DNA of 64,000 nt, taken from NCBI GenBank assembly GCA_037440925.1, contig JBBITF010000006.1, forward strand, positions 1 to 64,000, given 5' to 3'. The DNA is from Chloroflexota bacterium. Its GTDB lineage: Bacteria; Chloroflexota; Anaerolineae; Anaerolineales; Villigracilaceae. Positions 1-9,563 of this stretch are shown one piece after another; position 1 is the stretch's first letter; each line of letters opens with the position of its first letter. The notes below the pieces were generated by a model, which saw nothing but the letters and a program-made list of their open reading frames with translations, was not told where the DNA came from and made no database searches. The position numbers were made by a program, and so were the translations under genes.

Positions 1-194
1 GATTTGTCGTATTTCGGTTCGTTTTTAAGGTTCAACGCCTTTGGCGAAACTACAGGATGTAAGTTTGGGTAAATGCTTTCGAGCGCTCCGCCAGCAAGGG
101 GCTTGGATTTGGCAATCCAAGCCAGCGGTTTCCAAGCCGCCATTTTTTTGCTCGTGCGGGTTGCCAAATCCGCACATGCCTCCCTTGTGGGCAA

Positions 195-1346
195 TCACCA
201 ATTTAGCAGGATGACGCCCTGCGCCTGCAAAGATTCGATTTCTTGCTGGCTGAGGCCTATTTCCATCAGCAGCGCGCGCGTGTCGGCGCCCAGGGCCGGC
301 GCTGGGGCGCGCTGCGGGCGGGAGAAGACGAAGGGCGAGTTCATGCCGGCCGCACGTCCTTCCACGCACGAGACATGGCCGCGCGCTTGTACCTGCGGGT
401 GCGAAAGCGCCTGTTCGACGGTGTTGAGCGGCTCGATACACACGTCATGCTCTTTGAACGCTGCCAGCCATTCCGCTTGCGTTTTCTGGCGGAAGATGTC
501 TGCCAGCGTCTCGCCCAAATTGGCCTCGAACTGGCGTCCAATCAAGTCGGGGCGCCCTATCGTTTTACAGAAATCTCCCCAAAAGTTCGGTTCCAGGGCT
601 GCCAGGCTGAGGTATTTGTGGTCGGCTGTTTCGTAGATGTTGAAGCAGGCTTGCCCGCCCAGTAAAGGGTGGCTGCCGGCCGTTACTTCCAGCCCGCTGA
701 AATAGGCGCTAAAAGCCAGCGGCGTCATCCAGGAGAGGACGCCATCCAGCAAGGCGATATCGAGGTACAGGCCTCCCCGCCCGCGTTCGCGGCCGAGCAG
801 CGCGCTCAGGATGGCGATGGCCGCCAGCATTGCGCCGCTCAAGTCGGCCACCGGCAGGCCATAGGGAAGGGGCTTTTCGGCGGGGTGGGCGTTCAAAGCA
901 AGCGCCCCGCCAATCGCCATGTAGTTCAAGTCATGTCCGGCGCGCTGACGGTAGGGGCCTTCTTGTCCGTAGCCGGAGAGCGAGCAATAGACAATGTCTT
1001 CTTTAACCTTTCGCACCGCCTGGTAGCCAATTCCATATTTATCGGCCACGCCGGGGCGGAATCCCTCTAGCACCACATCGGCTGTGGCCGCCAATTGCAA
1101 GAACAGGCGGCGTCCGTGCGGATTACGGTAGTTCAGCGCCAGGCTTTTCTTGCCGCGGTTGAGCGTCTCGTACAGGTTGCCCAGTCCCAGTTCGGGAGGC
1201 GCCAGGCGGGCGTAATCGCCGGCCAGCGGCGTTTCGACTTTGATGACCTCTGCGCCCAAATCGGACAACAATTGCGTGAGATACGGTCCCGGCAGCAAGC
1301 GCGACAGGTCGAGGATGCGAAAGCCGGTCAGGGGAAAGGCGGGCAT
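195..1346 (-). CDS. Family-III CoA-transferase (CaiB/BaiF-type)
   Basis: ORF 195..1421. N-terminus has ...FRILDLSRLLPGPY... typical of CaiB/BaiF transferases. Start moved to Met26 (ATG at 1346) so it no longer overlaps the GNAT gene ending at 1355. Confidence 0.75.
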   Translation of the reverse strand: MPAFPLTGFRILDLSRLLPGPYLTQLLSDLGAEVIKVETPLAGDYARLAPPELGLGNLYETLNRGKKSLALNYRNPHGRRLFLQLAATADVVLEGFRPGVADKYGIGYQAVRKVKEDIVYCSLSGYGQEGPYRQRAGHDLNYMAIGGALALNAHPAEKPLPYGLPVADLSGAMLAAIAILSALLGRERGRGGLYLDIALLDGVLSWMTPLAFSAYFSGLEVTAGSHPLLGGQACFNIYETADHKYLSLAALEPNFWGDFCKTIGRPDLIGRQFEANLGETLADIFRQKTQAEWLAAFKEHDVCIEPLNTVEQALSHPQVQARGHVSCVEGRAAGMNSPFVFSRPQRAPAPALGADTRALLMEIGLSQQEIESLQAQGVILLNW

Positions 1347-1354
1347 GTTTGGGC

Positions 1355-1783
1355 TTACATCTCCAGCGGCTGCGACATGGTAATCAATTCTACGCGTTGC
1401 TGCCAACCGAGGCTTTTCCAAAACGCCAGGCCGGGTTGATTATCGCCCAGGACGAACAAATGACAGCGGTGAATGCCCTGACGCATGAGCGCAAACATGC
1501 AGCGACCTACCAGCGATTTGCCAATGCCTTGCCGGCGGTGAGATTTGCGCACTGCCAGGTTGTGGATGTAACCGTGCCGTCCATCGCTGCCGCATAAGGC
1601 CGCGCCGACGATTTCTCCCTTATCCAATGCTACGAAACTCAGGTCGGGGTTATGCTCCAAAAAGCGTTTGACGCTCTCGCGCGAGTCGTCTTCGCTGTTC
1701 AACTTCAGGCCTTCGCTTTCCTTCCAGAGCGCGTAGACAACATCGTAGTCGTGAATGCTCATTTCACGCAATTCGACTTTCAT
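1355..1783 (-). CDS. GNAT family N-acetyltransferase
   Basis: ORF 1355..1840. Acetyl-CoA binding motif (VRKSHRRQGIGKSLV). Start at MKVELREM (ATG 1783). Confidence 0.7.
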   Translation of the reverse strand: MKVELREMSIHDYDVVYALWKESEGLKLNSEDDSRESVKRFLEHNPDLSFVALDKGEIVGAALCGSDGRHGYIHNLAVRKSHRRQGIGKSLVGRCMFALMRQGIHRCHLFVLGDNQPGLAFWKSLGWQQRVELITMSQPLEM

Positions 1784-1937
1784 GCTGCCCTCCTTTAACT
1801 TGAGACGAAAGGTACCTCTCTGCACGCTTGCCCAAAGCACAGCAACAAGTAAGAAGTTTGGCTAACCAAACAGACACAGGGTCCATCCCAAAGGTTGAGA
1901 GCAAAAGCGGCCTTGATTTCCCAGAACCTTCGGGACG

Positions 1938-2786
1938 TTACTGATAGACGTAGAAACCTCTTCCCGATTTCCTGCCCAGATAGCCTGCATCTACCATCTT
2001 TTTCAACAAGTAGGCGGGGCGGTATTTGTCATCGCCCAGGTCGCGCTGCAAGATTTCCATCACGTTCAACACTACGTCTAGCCCAATCAGGTCGGCCAGG
2101 GTGAGGGGACCCATGGGGTGATTCATGCCTAGCTTCATTACCTGGTCAATGGCTTCGGGCGTGCCAATGCCTTCTTGCAAGGCGAAAATGGCTTCATTGA
2201 TCATCGGGCAAAGGATACGGTTAGAGATGAAACCGGGGGCGTCGTTGGCTTCGACGGGCGTCTTCCCCAGGCGTTGACAGACCTGGAAGACGGTATCGCG
2301 CGTTTCATCGCTGGTGGCCAGGCCGCGGATGACCTCTACCAGTTTCATCAGCGGCACCGGGTTCATAAAGTGCATCCCAATCACTTTATCGGGGCGGGCG
2401 GTGGCGGCAGCCAGTTTGGTGATGCTGATGGAGGAGGTATTGCTCGCCAGGATGACCCCTGCGCGCGCCTTTTCGTCCAATTCTCTGAAGAGGCGGAATT
2501 TCAATTCTGGGTTCTCGCTGGCGGCTTCAATGACCAGGTCGGCCTCGCCGACTGTCGCCAGGTCTGAAACGAAGGCGATTTGTTCTGTCGCCGCCTTTTG
2601 CTCTGGGGTCAGGCTGCCTTTTTCGAGCAGTTTAGCGGTGGACTTGGCAATGGCGGCTTTGGCTTTTTCGAGAGCCGCCGGCAAGATGTCCATGCATGTG
2701 ACGCGGTAGCCGCAGGTGGCTGCGGTTTGAGCAATGCCGTTTCCCATCGTACCGGCGCCCACCACGAAGATGTGTTCGATTGTCAT
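1938..2786 (-). CDS. 3-hydroxyacyl-CoA (3-hydroxybutyryl-CoA) dehydrogenase
   Basis: N-terminal Rossmann motif [12 protein letters not shown]. Conserved Hbd/FadB C-terminal region. GGGAGAAG RBS before ATG 2786. Confidence 0.85.
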   Translation of the reverse strand: MTIEHIFVVGAGTMGNGIAQTAATCGYRVTCMDILPAALEKAKAAIAKSTAKLLEKGSLTPEQKAATEQIAFVSDLATVGEADLVIEAASENPELKFRLFRELDEKARAGVILASNTSSISITKLAAATARPDKVIGMHFMNPVPLMKLVEVIRGLATSDETRDTVFQVCQRLGKTPVEANDAPGFISNRILCPMINEAIFALQEGIGTPEAIDQVMKLGMNHPMGPLTLADLIGLDVVLNVMEILQRDLGDDKYRPAYLLKKMVDAGYLGRKSGRGFYVYQ

Positions 2787-2850
2787 GTCTTCTCCCGTTG
2801 GGTAGTTCAATCGTCCTATGGCCGGAAGAGTCGGATAGCCGCAAGCCTGC

Positions 2851-4050
2851 CTATTCGACTTCTATCGCCATGGCTACGGCCTCTGCCCCGCCCAGGCAGA
2901 GCGAGGCAATGCCGCGCTTCAGGCCGCGGTCTTTGAGCGCATAGATGAGGGTGGTCAGCACGCGCGCGCCGCTGGCCCCGATGGGGTGCCCCAGGGCGAT
3001 TGCGCCGCCATGCACGTTGACCTTGTTCCAGTCCCAGCCCAGGTCTTTCAAGGCGTAACCGTCTGCCAAAACCTGGGCGGCAAAGGCCTCGTTCAGCTCG
3101 ATGAGGTCTACTTCCTTCAGCGTCCAGTTGACCTTTTTCAGCAATTTGGGAATTGCCAGGGCCGGCGCGCGGAACAGATATTTCGGCTCGTCTGCGGCTT
3201 GATCGTAGCCAACGATGCGCGCCAGCGGCTTTAGGTCCTTCTCTTCGGCGTATGCGCGGCTGGCAACGACGAGCGCCGCTGCGCCGTCATTGAGGCCGGG
3301 CGCGTTGCCGGCCGTGACTTTGCCGTCCTTTTGGAAGGCGGGTTTCAGAGCGGCGAGAGTCTCCGGCGTGGTATCGCGGCGAGGCGTCTCATCGGTGTCG
3401 AAGAGGGTCGTCCCTTTCTTGCTGACCAGTTCCACCGGAACGATCTCGGCCTTGAACTTACCACTATCTATGGCGGCAATGGATTTTTGGTGGCTTTGAT
3501 AGGCAAACTGATCCATCGCTTCGCGGGAGACGCTATACTCTTGGGCGATGAATTCCGCCGAGTCACCCATGCTCCAATCTTCGAAGGGGTCCCACAAGCC
3601 ATCGTATTGCAGCGCGTCCACCAGGGTTACGTTGCCAAAACGCAACTCGCCGCTGCGGCCGCGAAGCAGGAAGGGAGCGCGGCTCATGCTTTCCATCCCG
3701 CCTGCCACAAAGAGACGGCCATCCCCCGCGCGGATGGCTTGGGCGGCCAGCATCACCGCTTTCAGCCCCGAGCCGCATACCTTGTTCAAGGTGGTAGCGC
3801 CCACAGAGACCGGCAGGCCGGCAAAAATGGCTGCCTGACGAGCCGGGTTTTGTCCCAAGCCGGCCGAAACCACGTTGCCCATCAGCACTTCATCTATCTC
3901 AGCCGCATTGGGAATGTTTGCTCGTTCGACCGCAGCCTTGACCACAATGGCCCCCAACTTTGGCGCAGTGAGTCCAGACAAACTGCCCTGAAAGCGCCCG
4001 CTGGGCGTGCGCACAGCAGAAAGAATGACGGCTTCCTTCTCTTTACTCAT
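2851..4050 (-). CDS. Acetyl-CoA C-acetyltransferase (thiolase II)
   Basis: Thiolase signatures: N-terminal AVRTPxGRF, active-site NxxCGSGLKA, C-terminal [17 protein letters not shown] and CxG. Start at [10 protein letters not shown] (ATG 4050) rather than the 5'-extended ORF. Confidence 0.85.
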   Translation of the reverse strand: MSKEKEAVILSAVRTPSGRFQGSLSGLTAPKLGAIVVKAAVERANIPNAAEIDEVLMGNVVSAGLGQNPARQAAIFAGLPVSVGATTLNKVCGSGLKAVMLAAQAIRAGDGRLFVAGGMESMSRAPFLLRGRSGELRFGNVTLVDALQYDGLWDPFEDWSMGDSAEFIAQEYSVSREAMDQFAYQSHQKSIAAIDSGKFKAEIVPVELVSKKGTTLFDTDETPRRDTTPETLAALKPAFQKDGKVTAGNAPGLNDGAAALVVASRAYAEEKDLKPLARIVGYDQAADEPKYLFRAPALAIPKLLKKVNWTLKEVDLIELNEAFAAQVLADGYALKDLGWDWNKVNVHGGAIALGHPIGASGARVLTTLIYALKDRGLKRGIASLCLGGAEAVAMAIEVE

Positions 4051-4351
4051 GTGTCTCTCCTTGGGAAAATGCTGGATTACATCATTTATTATAGCGTGAA
4101 TTGTGAAAAAAACGTAATTGCTGTGGCTCTCTTCCTTGTAATCTCTCATCACACAAGCCAAAACCCTTGGGTTGCGTCTGTCAGAATCAAAAAGGCTCCA
4201 ACCCCAGAGATGCAAAATCTTTTTAACACAAAGGAACGGCGGAAGAGCCAAAAATTTGCGACTCTGCGTCTCTGGGTGAGCCTAATTTCTTCTTACTTGC
4301 CTGCGCTGTATGCAGGCGCATGTGTGCAAGAAGGTATCTCTGCCTGCCTGA

Positions 4352-4909
4352 TTACTCCTCGCTTCCTTTCGGCACGAAATACACATCCGTTGGCTTCAAC
4401 TTGGAATTACGCAGGAAGCGCGGGCGTACCTCCATGCCGATCCAATCCAGCGAGGGGGCGGCAGGATCCACGCCCATCAAGCGTGTCAGCAGCAGCGTGT
4501 TCACGCCCTCGAATTCGATGAGGGCCAGCACAAACGGCGTCTCGGGCAGGAACTCCTCCGAACCGAAGTAGCAGACGGTGAAGGCGTGAATCTTGGCAGG
4601 CACATTCGTGATGTCAACCCATTTGGTCTCTACACCCGAATACATGTCGTGGCCGCGCGGGTTGGCGTAGGTATAGCCGCTTTGGGGGTCGCGCGAAGCC
4701 AGCAGTCGCTTGTTGGTCAGCGCCGCGAACCAGGGGCTGTCTTGTCCGTAAGAGTGCAAATAGGTAATTTTATATTCCTGCTCGATTTGAATGGGCGCCA
4801 TCTTCTTCAGAAATTCCAGCGCCTCCTCGTCCGTGCTAAGCGGGAACGGTACACCGTGAACGATGTAGCCGCCCAGAGCCTCTTGGCGTTGTGTTGGTAG
4901 TTTAGCCAT
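4352..4909 (-). CDS. OB-fold (DUF35-like) protein paired with SCP-x-type thiolase
   Basis: 185-aa ORF immediately downstream of an SCP-x-type thiolase. This arrangement is typical of DUF35 OB-fold partners. It lacks the usual N-terminal Zn-ribbon cysteines, so assignment is by context and size. Confidence 0.4.
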   Translation of the reverse strand: MAKLPTQRQEALGGYIVHGVPFPLSTDEEALEFLKKMAPIQIEQEYKITYLHSYGQDSPWFAALTNKRLLASRDPQSGYTYANPRGHDMYSGVETKWVDITNVPAKIHAFTVCYFGSEEFLPETPFVLALIEFEGVNTLLLTRLMGVDPAAPSLDWIGMEVRPRFLRNSKLKPTDVYFVPKGSEE

Positions 4910-4976
4910 GTGAGTTTTCTCCTTACGCTTTACCCATTACGTTTTACTGCCATAAAGCGTGAAATGTGAAACGAAA

Positions 4977-6341
4977 CTAACCTTCTCTTTCCAGCACCGA
5001 AACGGTGACATACGTCCCCGTCCCCGCGTGGCTGTGGATCGCGCCCCGCTTCGCGTCCTTGACTTGAAGCGCGTCGTCGTTGAAATGTTTTTTGATTGCC
5101 CCCTGGAGTTGCCAGATGGCGAACACGGCCTGCATCAGTCCCGTCGCGCCGACGGGGTGTCCGCAGGCGATCAACCCACCGGACGGATTCACCGCACACC
5201 GACTCTTCTCTTTCAACTTCAAGCCATAGTCAATGTTCGGGAGGAAGGCTTTACCCGACGCGGCGAACGGTCCGCCCTCACCGTAGCGGCAGAGACCGAG
5301 GTCTTCGTAGGTCTGGATTTCGGACGATGTGTAGGCGTCGTGCAATTCCACGAAGTCGAGTTCGTTCAGCGGGTCTTTGATGCCCGCGTGTTTCCAGGCC
5401 ATGTTGCCCGCCGTGCGCCCCGCGCGGAACGAGTGAACGCCGGGGTAGCGCGTGCCGTGATCCCAAAGTTTTTTGTAGTAGGCGCGCGTTTCGTCCGAGG
5501 ATTTCTCCTGCTCGGTGGCGTAGTCGCGCATGAAGGTGTCGTAGTCCACGTGCGGACGGTCGGCCATGCGCATGGCGTCGGTGCCGCGGCCGATGCCCGT
5601 CACGCGCACGAGCGGACGCGGAATCTTCGCGCCGGCGGCCTCCAGTTTTTTGAGTCCCTCCTCCGAGACGAGAATGGTCGCGGCCGCGCCGTCGGACATC
5701 ACGCAAATGTCGAGGCGGGTGAGCGGCCAGGCCACCATCGGCGCATTGCGGACATCCGCGATAGTGTAGCGATTACGCTTCTGCGCGTATGGGTTATGGA
5801 AGGCGTTGATGTGATTCTTCACGCTGACGTGCGCCATCTGCTCCACAGTGGTGCCAAACTCCTTCATGTGGCGCGTCACCATCATGGCGTAGTAGCCAGA
5901 ATAAAAACCTCCGACGGGATAGTCAAAAGACACGTCGGAGGCAAGCGCGATGAATTCATTTCCTTTCCACGTTTCCACGTGAGACATGGTCTCGAAGCCG
6001 TAGGCCACACACACGTCCATGTGGCCGCTGGCGACCGACTTCCACGCTTCCTGGAAGCACAGACCGCCTGTCGCGCCGCCGCCCTCCACGCGATGACTGG
6101 GTTTCGGGCAAAGACCGAGGTAGTCCTGCGCCATGATGCCAGCCATCAACTGGCGGGCGAAATGATCCGAGAAGTACGAGGCAACCGAACCATCCACGAT
6201 GCGCGTGAAGGTCGGGAAGTCCAGGCCAATGTCGGCGATGGCATAGTCGTATGCCTCCTTGATGATGGCCTGGAAGGTCTTGTCGGGGCGGGCTTTGGCA
6301 AACTTGGATACCCCCCCTGAGATTGCGTATACGGGTCTCAT
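4977..6341 (-). CDS. Thiolase-like protein, SCP-x / nonspecific lipid-transfer-protein type
   Basis: Start MRPVYAISGGVSKF (ATG 6341). Thiolase-fold C-terminal CGHPVGATG. Lacks the classic thiolase II N-terminus. Paired with a small OB-fold ORF. Confidence 0.7.
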   Translation of the reverse strand: MRPVYAISGGVSKFAKARPDKTFQAIIKEAYDYAIADIGLDFPTFTRIVDGSVASYFSDHFARQLMAGIMAQDYLGLCPKPSHRVEGGGATGGLCFQEAWKSVASGHMDVCVAYGFETMSHVETWKGNEFIALASDVSFDYPVGGFYSGYYAMMVTRHMKEFGTTVEQMAHVSVKNHINAFHNPYAQKRNRYTIADVRNAPMVAWPLTRLDICVMSDGAAATILVSEEGLKKLEAAGAKIPRPLVRVTGIGRGTDAMRMADRPHVDYDTFMRDYATEQEKSSDETRAYYKKLWDHGTRYPGVHSFRAGRTAGNMAWKHAGIKDPLNELDFVELHDAYTSSEIQTYEDLGLCRYGEGGPFAASGKAFLPNIDYGLKLKEKSRCAVNPSGGLIACGHPVGATGLMQAVFAIWQLQGAIKKHFNDDALQVKDAKRGAIHSHAGTGTYVTVSVLEREG

Positions 6342-6887
6342 CAGCAAACCTCCTTTGGAATGGGAATGGGGGTATTGTAATAGAAAATAGGGGAGATGCA
6401 ACATAAAAATTGTCGAAGATGATATTATCAAGGATGCAAAAAAACACGAAAGAAGAAAAAATAGGCGCAGGTGTGTTCATGAAATATGCCGAGCGGATTT
6501 TGACGGTTCCTTCTGAGATCACGAACGATCCGATTTCGAAAATGGAAGTCTATCGCCTTGCTCTTTTTGTGGGCGACATTGGCTGGCATGATGTTCTCGT
6601 GGCCTCCAAAGAAATATTTATTCACGATGAGTCGGCAGGGGATAAATCCCTGCCTCAGTACATGGAAGTCGGCTCAAGCCGACTCGCCCATCAGTCCGAA
6701 GGACTTCCATGAACTGAGCAGGGGCTTCAGCCCCGCGAATATCATCACCAACGCAAAAACGCCATCCGCGAAGAACAAGCCGAATATATCACCTCACTAC
6801 CATCAACCTTCGACATCGATTCAGAAGTGCCAATGCCTTAAAACCTTCTTTCGTCTTTCATCTTTCTTCTCATCAACGGAGACTCCC

Positions 6888-8582
6888 ATGCTCTTCAACC
6901 CCAACAGCCCCTCCCGCTTCTACCCCGACGAAACCTCCCGCCAGATCATGCTCAAAACCATCGCCTTCTTTGAGTCAAAGGGCAAGCAAAAAATCAAAGA
7001 AGACGACCGCAAGCGCGTCTGGTACGCGGACTTCCTCAACTTCCAGAAAAAAGAAAAACTCTTCGCCACGCTCCTCACGCCCACGCCCTACGGCGGCGCG
7101 GACGCGCGCTGGGACACCTGGCGCAACTGCGAGTTCAACGAAATCCTCGGCTTCTATGGCTTGGCGTATTGGTACACGTGGCAGGTGTCCATCCTCGGGC
7201 TGGGACCCATCTGGATGTCCAGCAACGAGGCGCTCAAGCGCAAGGCCGCGCAACTGCTCAGCGACGGGGAAGTCTTTGCCTTCGGTCTCTCGGAGCGCGA
7301 ACACGGGGCGGACATCTACGCCACCGAGATGACCCTCACCCCTCAGCCCGACGGCACGTACCTGGCCAACGGCGAAAAATATTACATTGGCAACGGCAAC
7401 GTCGCGCCGATGGTCTCCACCTTCGGCAAGTTCGCCAACACGGGCGAGTACGTTTTCTTCGCGGCCGATTACCGTCACCGCAACTACAACCTGATCAAGA
7501 ACGTCACCGACAGCCAATCCTACGTCGCCAACTTCGCGCTGACCGACTACCCCATCACCGAAGCGGACATCCTCCACCGCGGACAGGACGCCTGGGACGC
7601 GGCGCTGAACACGGTCAACATCGGGAAGTACAACCTGGGCTGGGCCTCGATCGGAATCTGCACCCACGCCTTTTACGAGGCCATCCACCACGCTTCGCAC
7701 CGACGCCTGTACGGGTTCGCCGTCACCGACTTTCCCCACGTCCGCGGCATGTTCACCGACGCCTGGGCGCGTCTCGTGGCGATGAAACTTTTTACCCTGC
7801 GCGCCGCCGACTACATGCGCGCCGCCTCGCCCGATGACCGCCGCTACCTGCTCTACAATCCGACCGTCAAGATGAAGGTGACCACCCAGGGCGAGGAAGT
7901 CATCAACCTGCTGTGGGACGTGATCGCCGCCAAGGGCTTTGAGAAGGACATGTACTTCGAGATGGCCGCGCGTGACATCCGTGCCCTGCCCAAACTCGAA
8001 GGGACGGTACATGTCAACATCGCGCTCATCGTCAAATTCATGGCCAATTACTTTTTCTCCCCTCGCGAGTATCCGCCCGTGCTGACGCGCAGCGAGGCCG
8101 CCAACGACAACTTCCTCTTCCATCAGGGCCCCGCCAAGGGACTCGGCAAGATCCAATTCCACGATTACAACCTGGCCTACGGACTCTACGACCTGCCCAA
8201 CATCCGTCTCTTCCGCGAGCAGATCGAGACGCTGAAACTCTTCCTCGCCACTGCCACGCCCAGCGACGCCCAGCAAAAGGACACGGATTTCCTCCTCGCT
8301 TTGGGCGAACTTTTCACGCTGGTCGTCTACGGTCAACTCATCCTCGAGAACGCGCGTCTCTATCAAATTGACGACGACATCGTTGACCAGATCTTCGACT
8401 TCATGGTGCGCGACTTCTCCAAGTACGCCCTGGGACTCTACAGCAAACCCAGCGCCACGCCTCAACAGATGGACTTGTGCCTCAAGATGATCCACAAGCC
8501 CGTGGTCGCCATGTCCCGCTTCGAACGCGTTTGGCAGAACTCCGTGTTCTCATTGTGCGACGCGTACGAGATGAAATCGTAA
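6888..8582 (+). CDS. Acyl-CoA dehydrogenase family protein (long form)
   Basis: 564 aa from ATG 6888 (GGAG RBS). ACAD-like central and C-terminal region. The N-terminal 110 codons of the six-frame ORF are low-complexity and unlikely to be coding. Confidence 0.6.
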   Translation: MLFNPNSPSRFYPDETSRQIMLKTIAFFESKGKQKIKEDDRKRVWYADFLNFQKKEKLFATLLTPTPYGGADARWDTWRNCEFNEILGFYGLAYWYTWQVSILGLGPIWMSSNEALKRKAAQLLSDGEVFAFGLSEREHGADIYATEMTLTPQPDGTYLANGEKYYIGNGNVAPMVSTFGKFANTGEYVFFAADYRHRNYNLIKNVTDSQSYVANFALTDYPITEADILHRGQDAWDAALNTVNIGKYNLGWASIGICTHAFYEAIHHASHRRLYGFAVTDFPHVRGMFTDAWARLVAMKLFTLRAADYMRAASPDDRRYLLYNPTVKMKVTTQGEEVINLLWDVIAAKGFEKDMYFEMAARDIRALPKLEGTVHVNIALIVKFMANYFFSPREYPPVLTRSEAANDNFLFHQGPAKGLGKIQFHDYNLAYGLYDLPNIRLFREQIETLKLFLATATPSDAQQKDTDFLLALGELFTLVVYGQLILENARLYQIDDDIVDQIFDFMVRDFSKYALGLYSKPSATPQQMDLCLKMIHKPVVAMSRFERVWQNSVFSLCDAYEMKS

Positions 8583-8592
8583 AGGAAACCCT

Positions 8593-9495
8593 ATGCCTAC
8601 CTATCCCCTCTACCAGGTGGATGCCTTCACCACTCGCCCCCTCGGCGGGAACCCCTGCGCGGTAGTCTTCGACTGCGCAGACCTGGACGACGCTACCATG
8701 CTGGCAATCGCCAGGGAGATGAACCTGTCGGAGACGGCTTTCGTCTGGCGCAAAGCGGACGGTCGCTTTCGGGCGCGCTACTTCACCCCGGCCGAGGAGA
8801 TTCCCCTGGCCGGGCATCCCACCATTGCCACCCTCTACGCGCTGGTGGATTCGGGACGCCTGGCGCTGGGCGGCGACTATCTCAAGATGCCGCTCGACTT
8901 GCGGGATGGCCCGATTGACGTGGAAATCTTTGCAAAAGGCGGCAAAGTGGAACGCATCGTCATGTCGCAGCGCAAGCCGCAGTTCCTGTCCACGCATCCT
9001 CCTGCCGATGTTTTGCCTGCTTTTGGCCTTGACGAATCTGACTTGCTGCCCGGCGCCGTCATCCAGACCGTCAGCACCGGCACGCCCCAGATCATGATCC
9101 CGCTCAAAGGACACGCCTCCCTGCGCAAAGCCGTGCTGGATGTCGAGAAGTACACCGCCCTGCGCGCCAGCAGCGACTTCTTCAGCCCCCACCTGTTCTG
9201 CCTGGCAGGTGTGGAGCAGGGCGCAACCTTCGCCCGTCACTTCGGCGTGCCGCCCGACACCCCCGAAGACCCCTTCACCGGCTCGGCCACCGGCGGCATG
9301 GCGGCCTACCTGTGGCGTTACGGCTTGATCGCTTCCCCGACCTTCCTGGCCGAGCAGGGACATTGGATGGGACGCCCCGGCCGGGCGTATGTCGAAGTGA
9401 TTGGTCCGCGCAATGCGATCGAAACGGTCAAGGTTGGCGGCAGCGCCGTCACCGTGTTGCGAGGCGAACTCACGCTTCCCACAGCCAATGCCTGA
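8593..9495 (+). CDS. PhzF-family isomerase
   Basis: 300 aa. N-terminal YQVDAFT..G..NPCAVV motif and overall PhzF/DAP-epimerase-like architecture. Confidence 0.8.
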   Translation: MPTYPLYQVDAFTTRPLGGNPCAVVFDCADLDDATMLAIAREMNLSETAFVWRKADGRFRARYFTPAEEIPLAGHPTIATLYALVDSGRLALGGDYLKMPLDLRDGPIDVEIFAKGGKVERIVMSQRKPQFLSTHPPADVLPAFGLDESDLLPGAVIQTVSTGTPQIMIPLKGHASLRKAVLDVEKYTALRASSDFFSPHLFCLAGVEQGATFARHFGVPPDTPEDPFTGSATGGMAAYLWRYGLIASPTFLAEQGHWMGRPGRAYVEVIGPRNAIETVKVGGSAVTVLRGELTLPTANA

Positions 9496-9563
9496 CGGCC
9501 TCGCGAGGAAAATGGAATGGGTGCTTACACCTGCGCAGATGTATAATTCTGGTAGAGGTGACG

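Noticed and set aside
1-194. Coding sequence at the extreme 5' end
   Set aside because: Only short overlapping ORFs in both orientations with no recognisable similarity. Insufficient evidence.
4959-6320. 453-aa ORF on plus strand antisense to the SCP-x thiolase. Similar long antisense ORFs at 6975-8495, 8482-9363, 13374-14174, 14214-15083, 14987-16141, 24506-25192, 37590-39179, 46059-47252.
   Set aside because: Typical stop-codon-poor antisense frames of high-GC coding DNA. Translations are Arg/Gly/Ala/His-rich low complexity with no family similarity, and each fully overlaps a well-supported gene.
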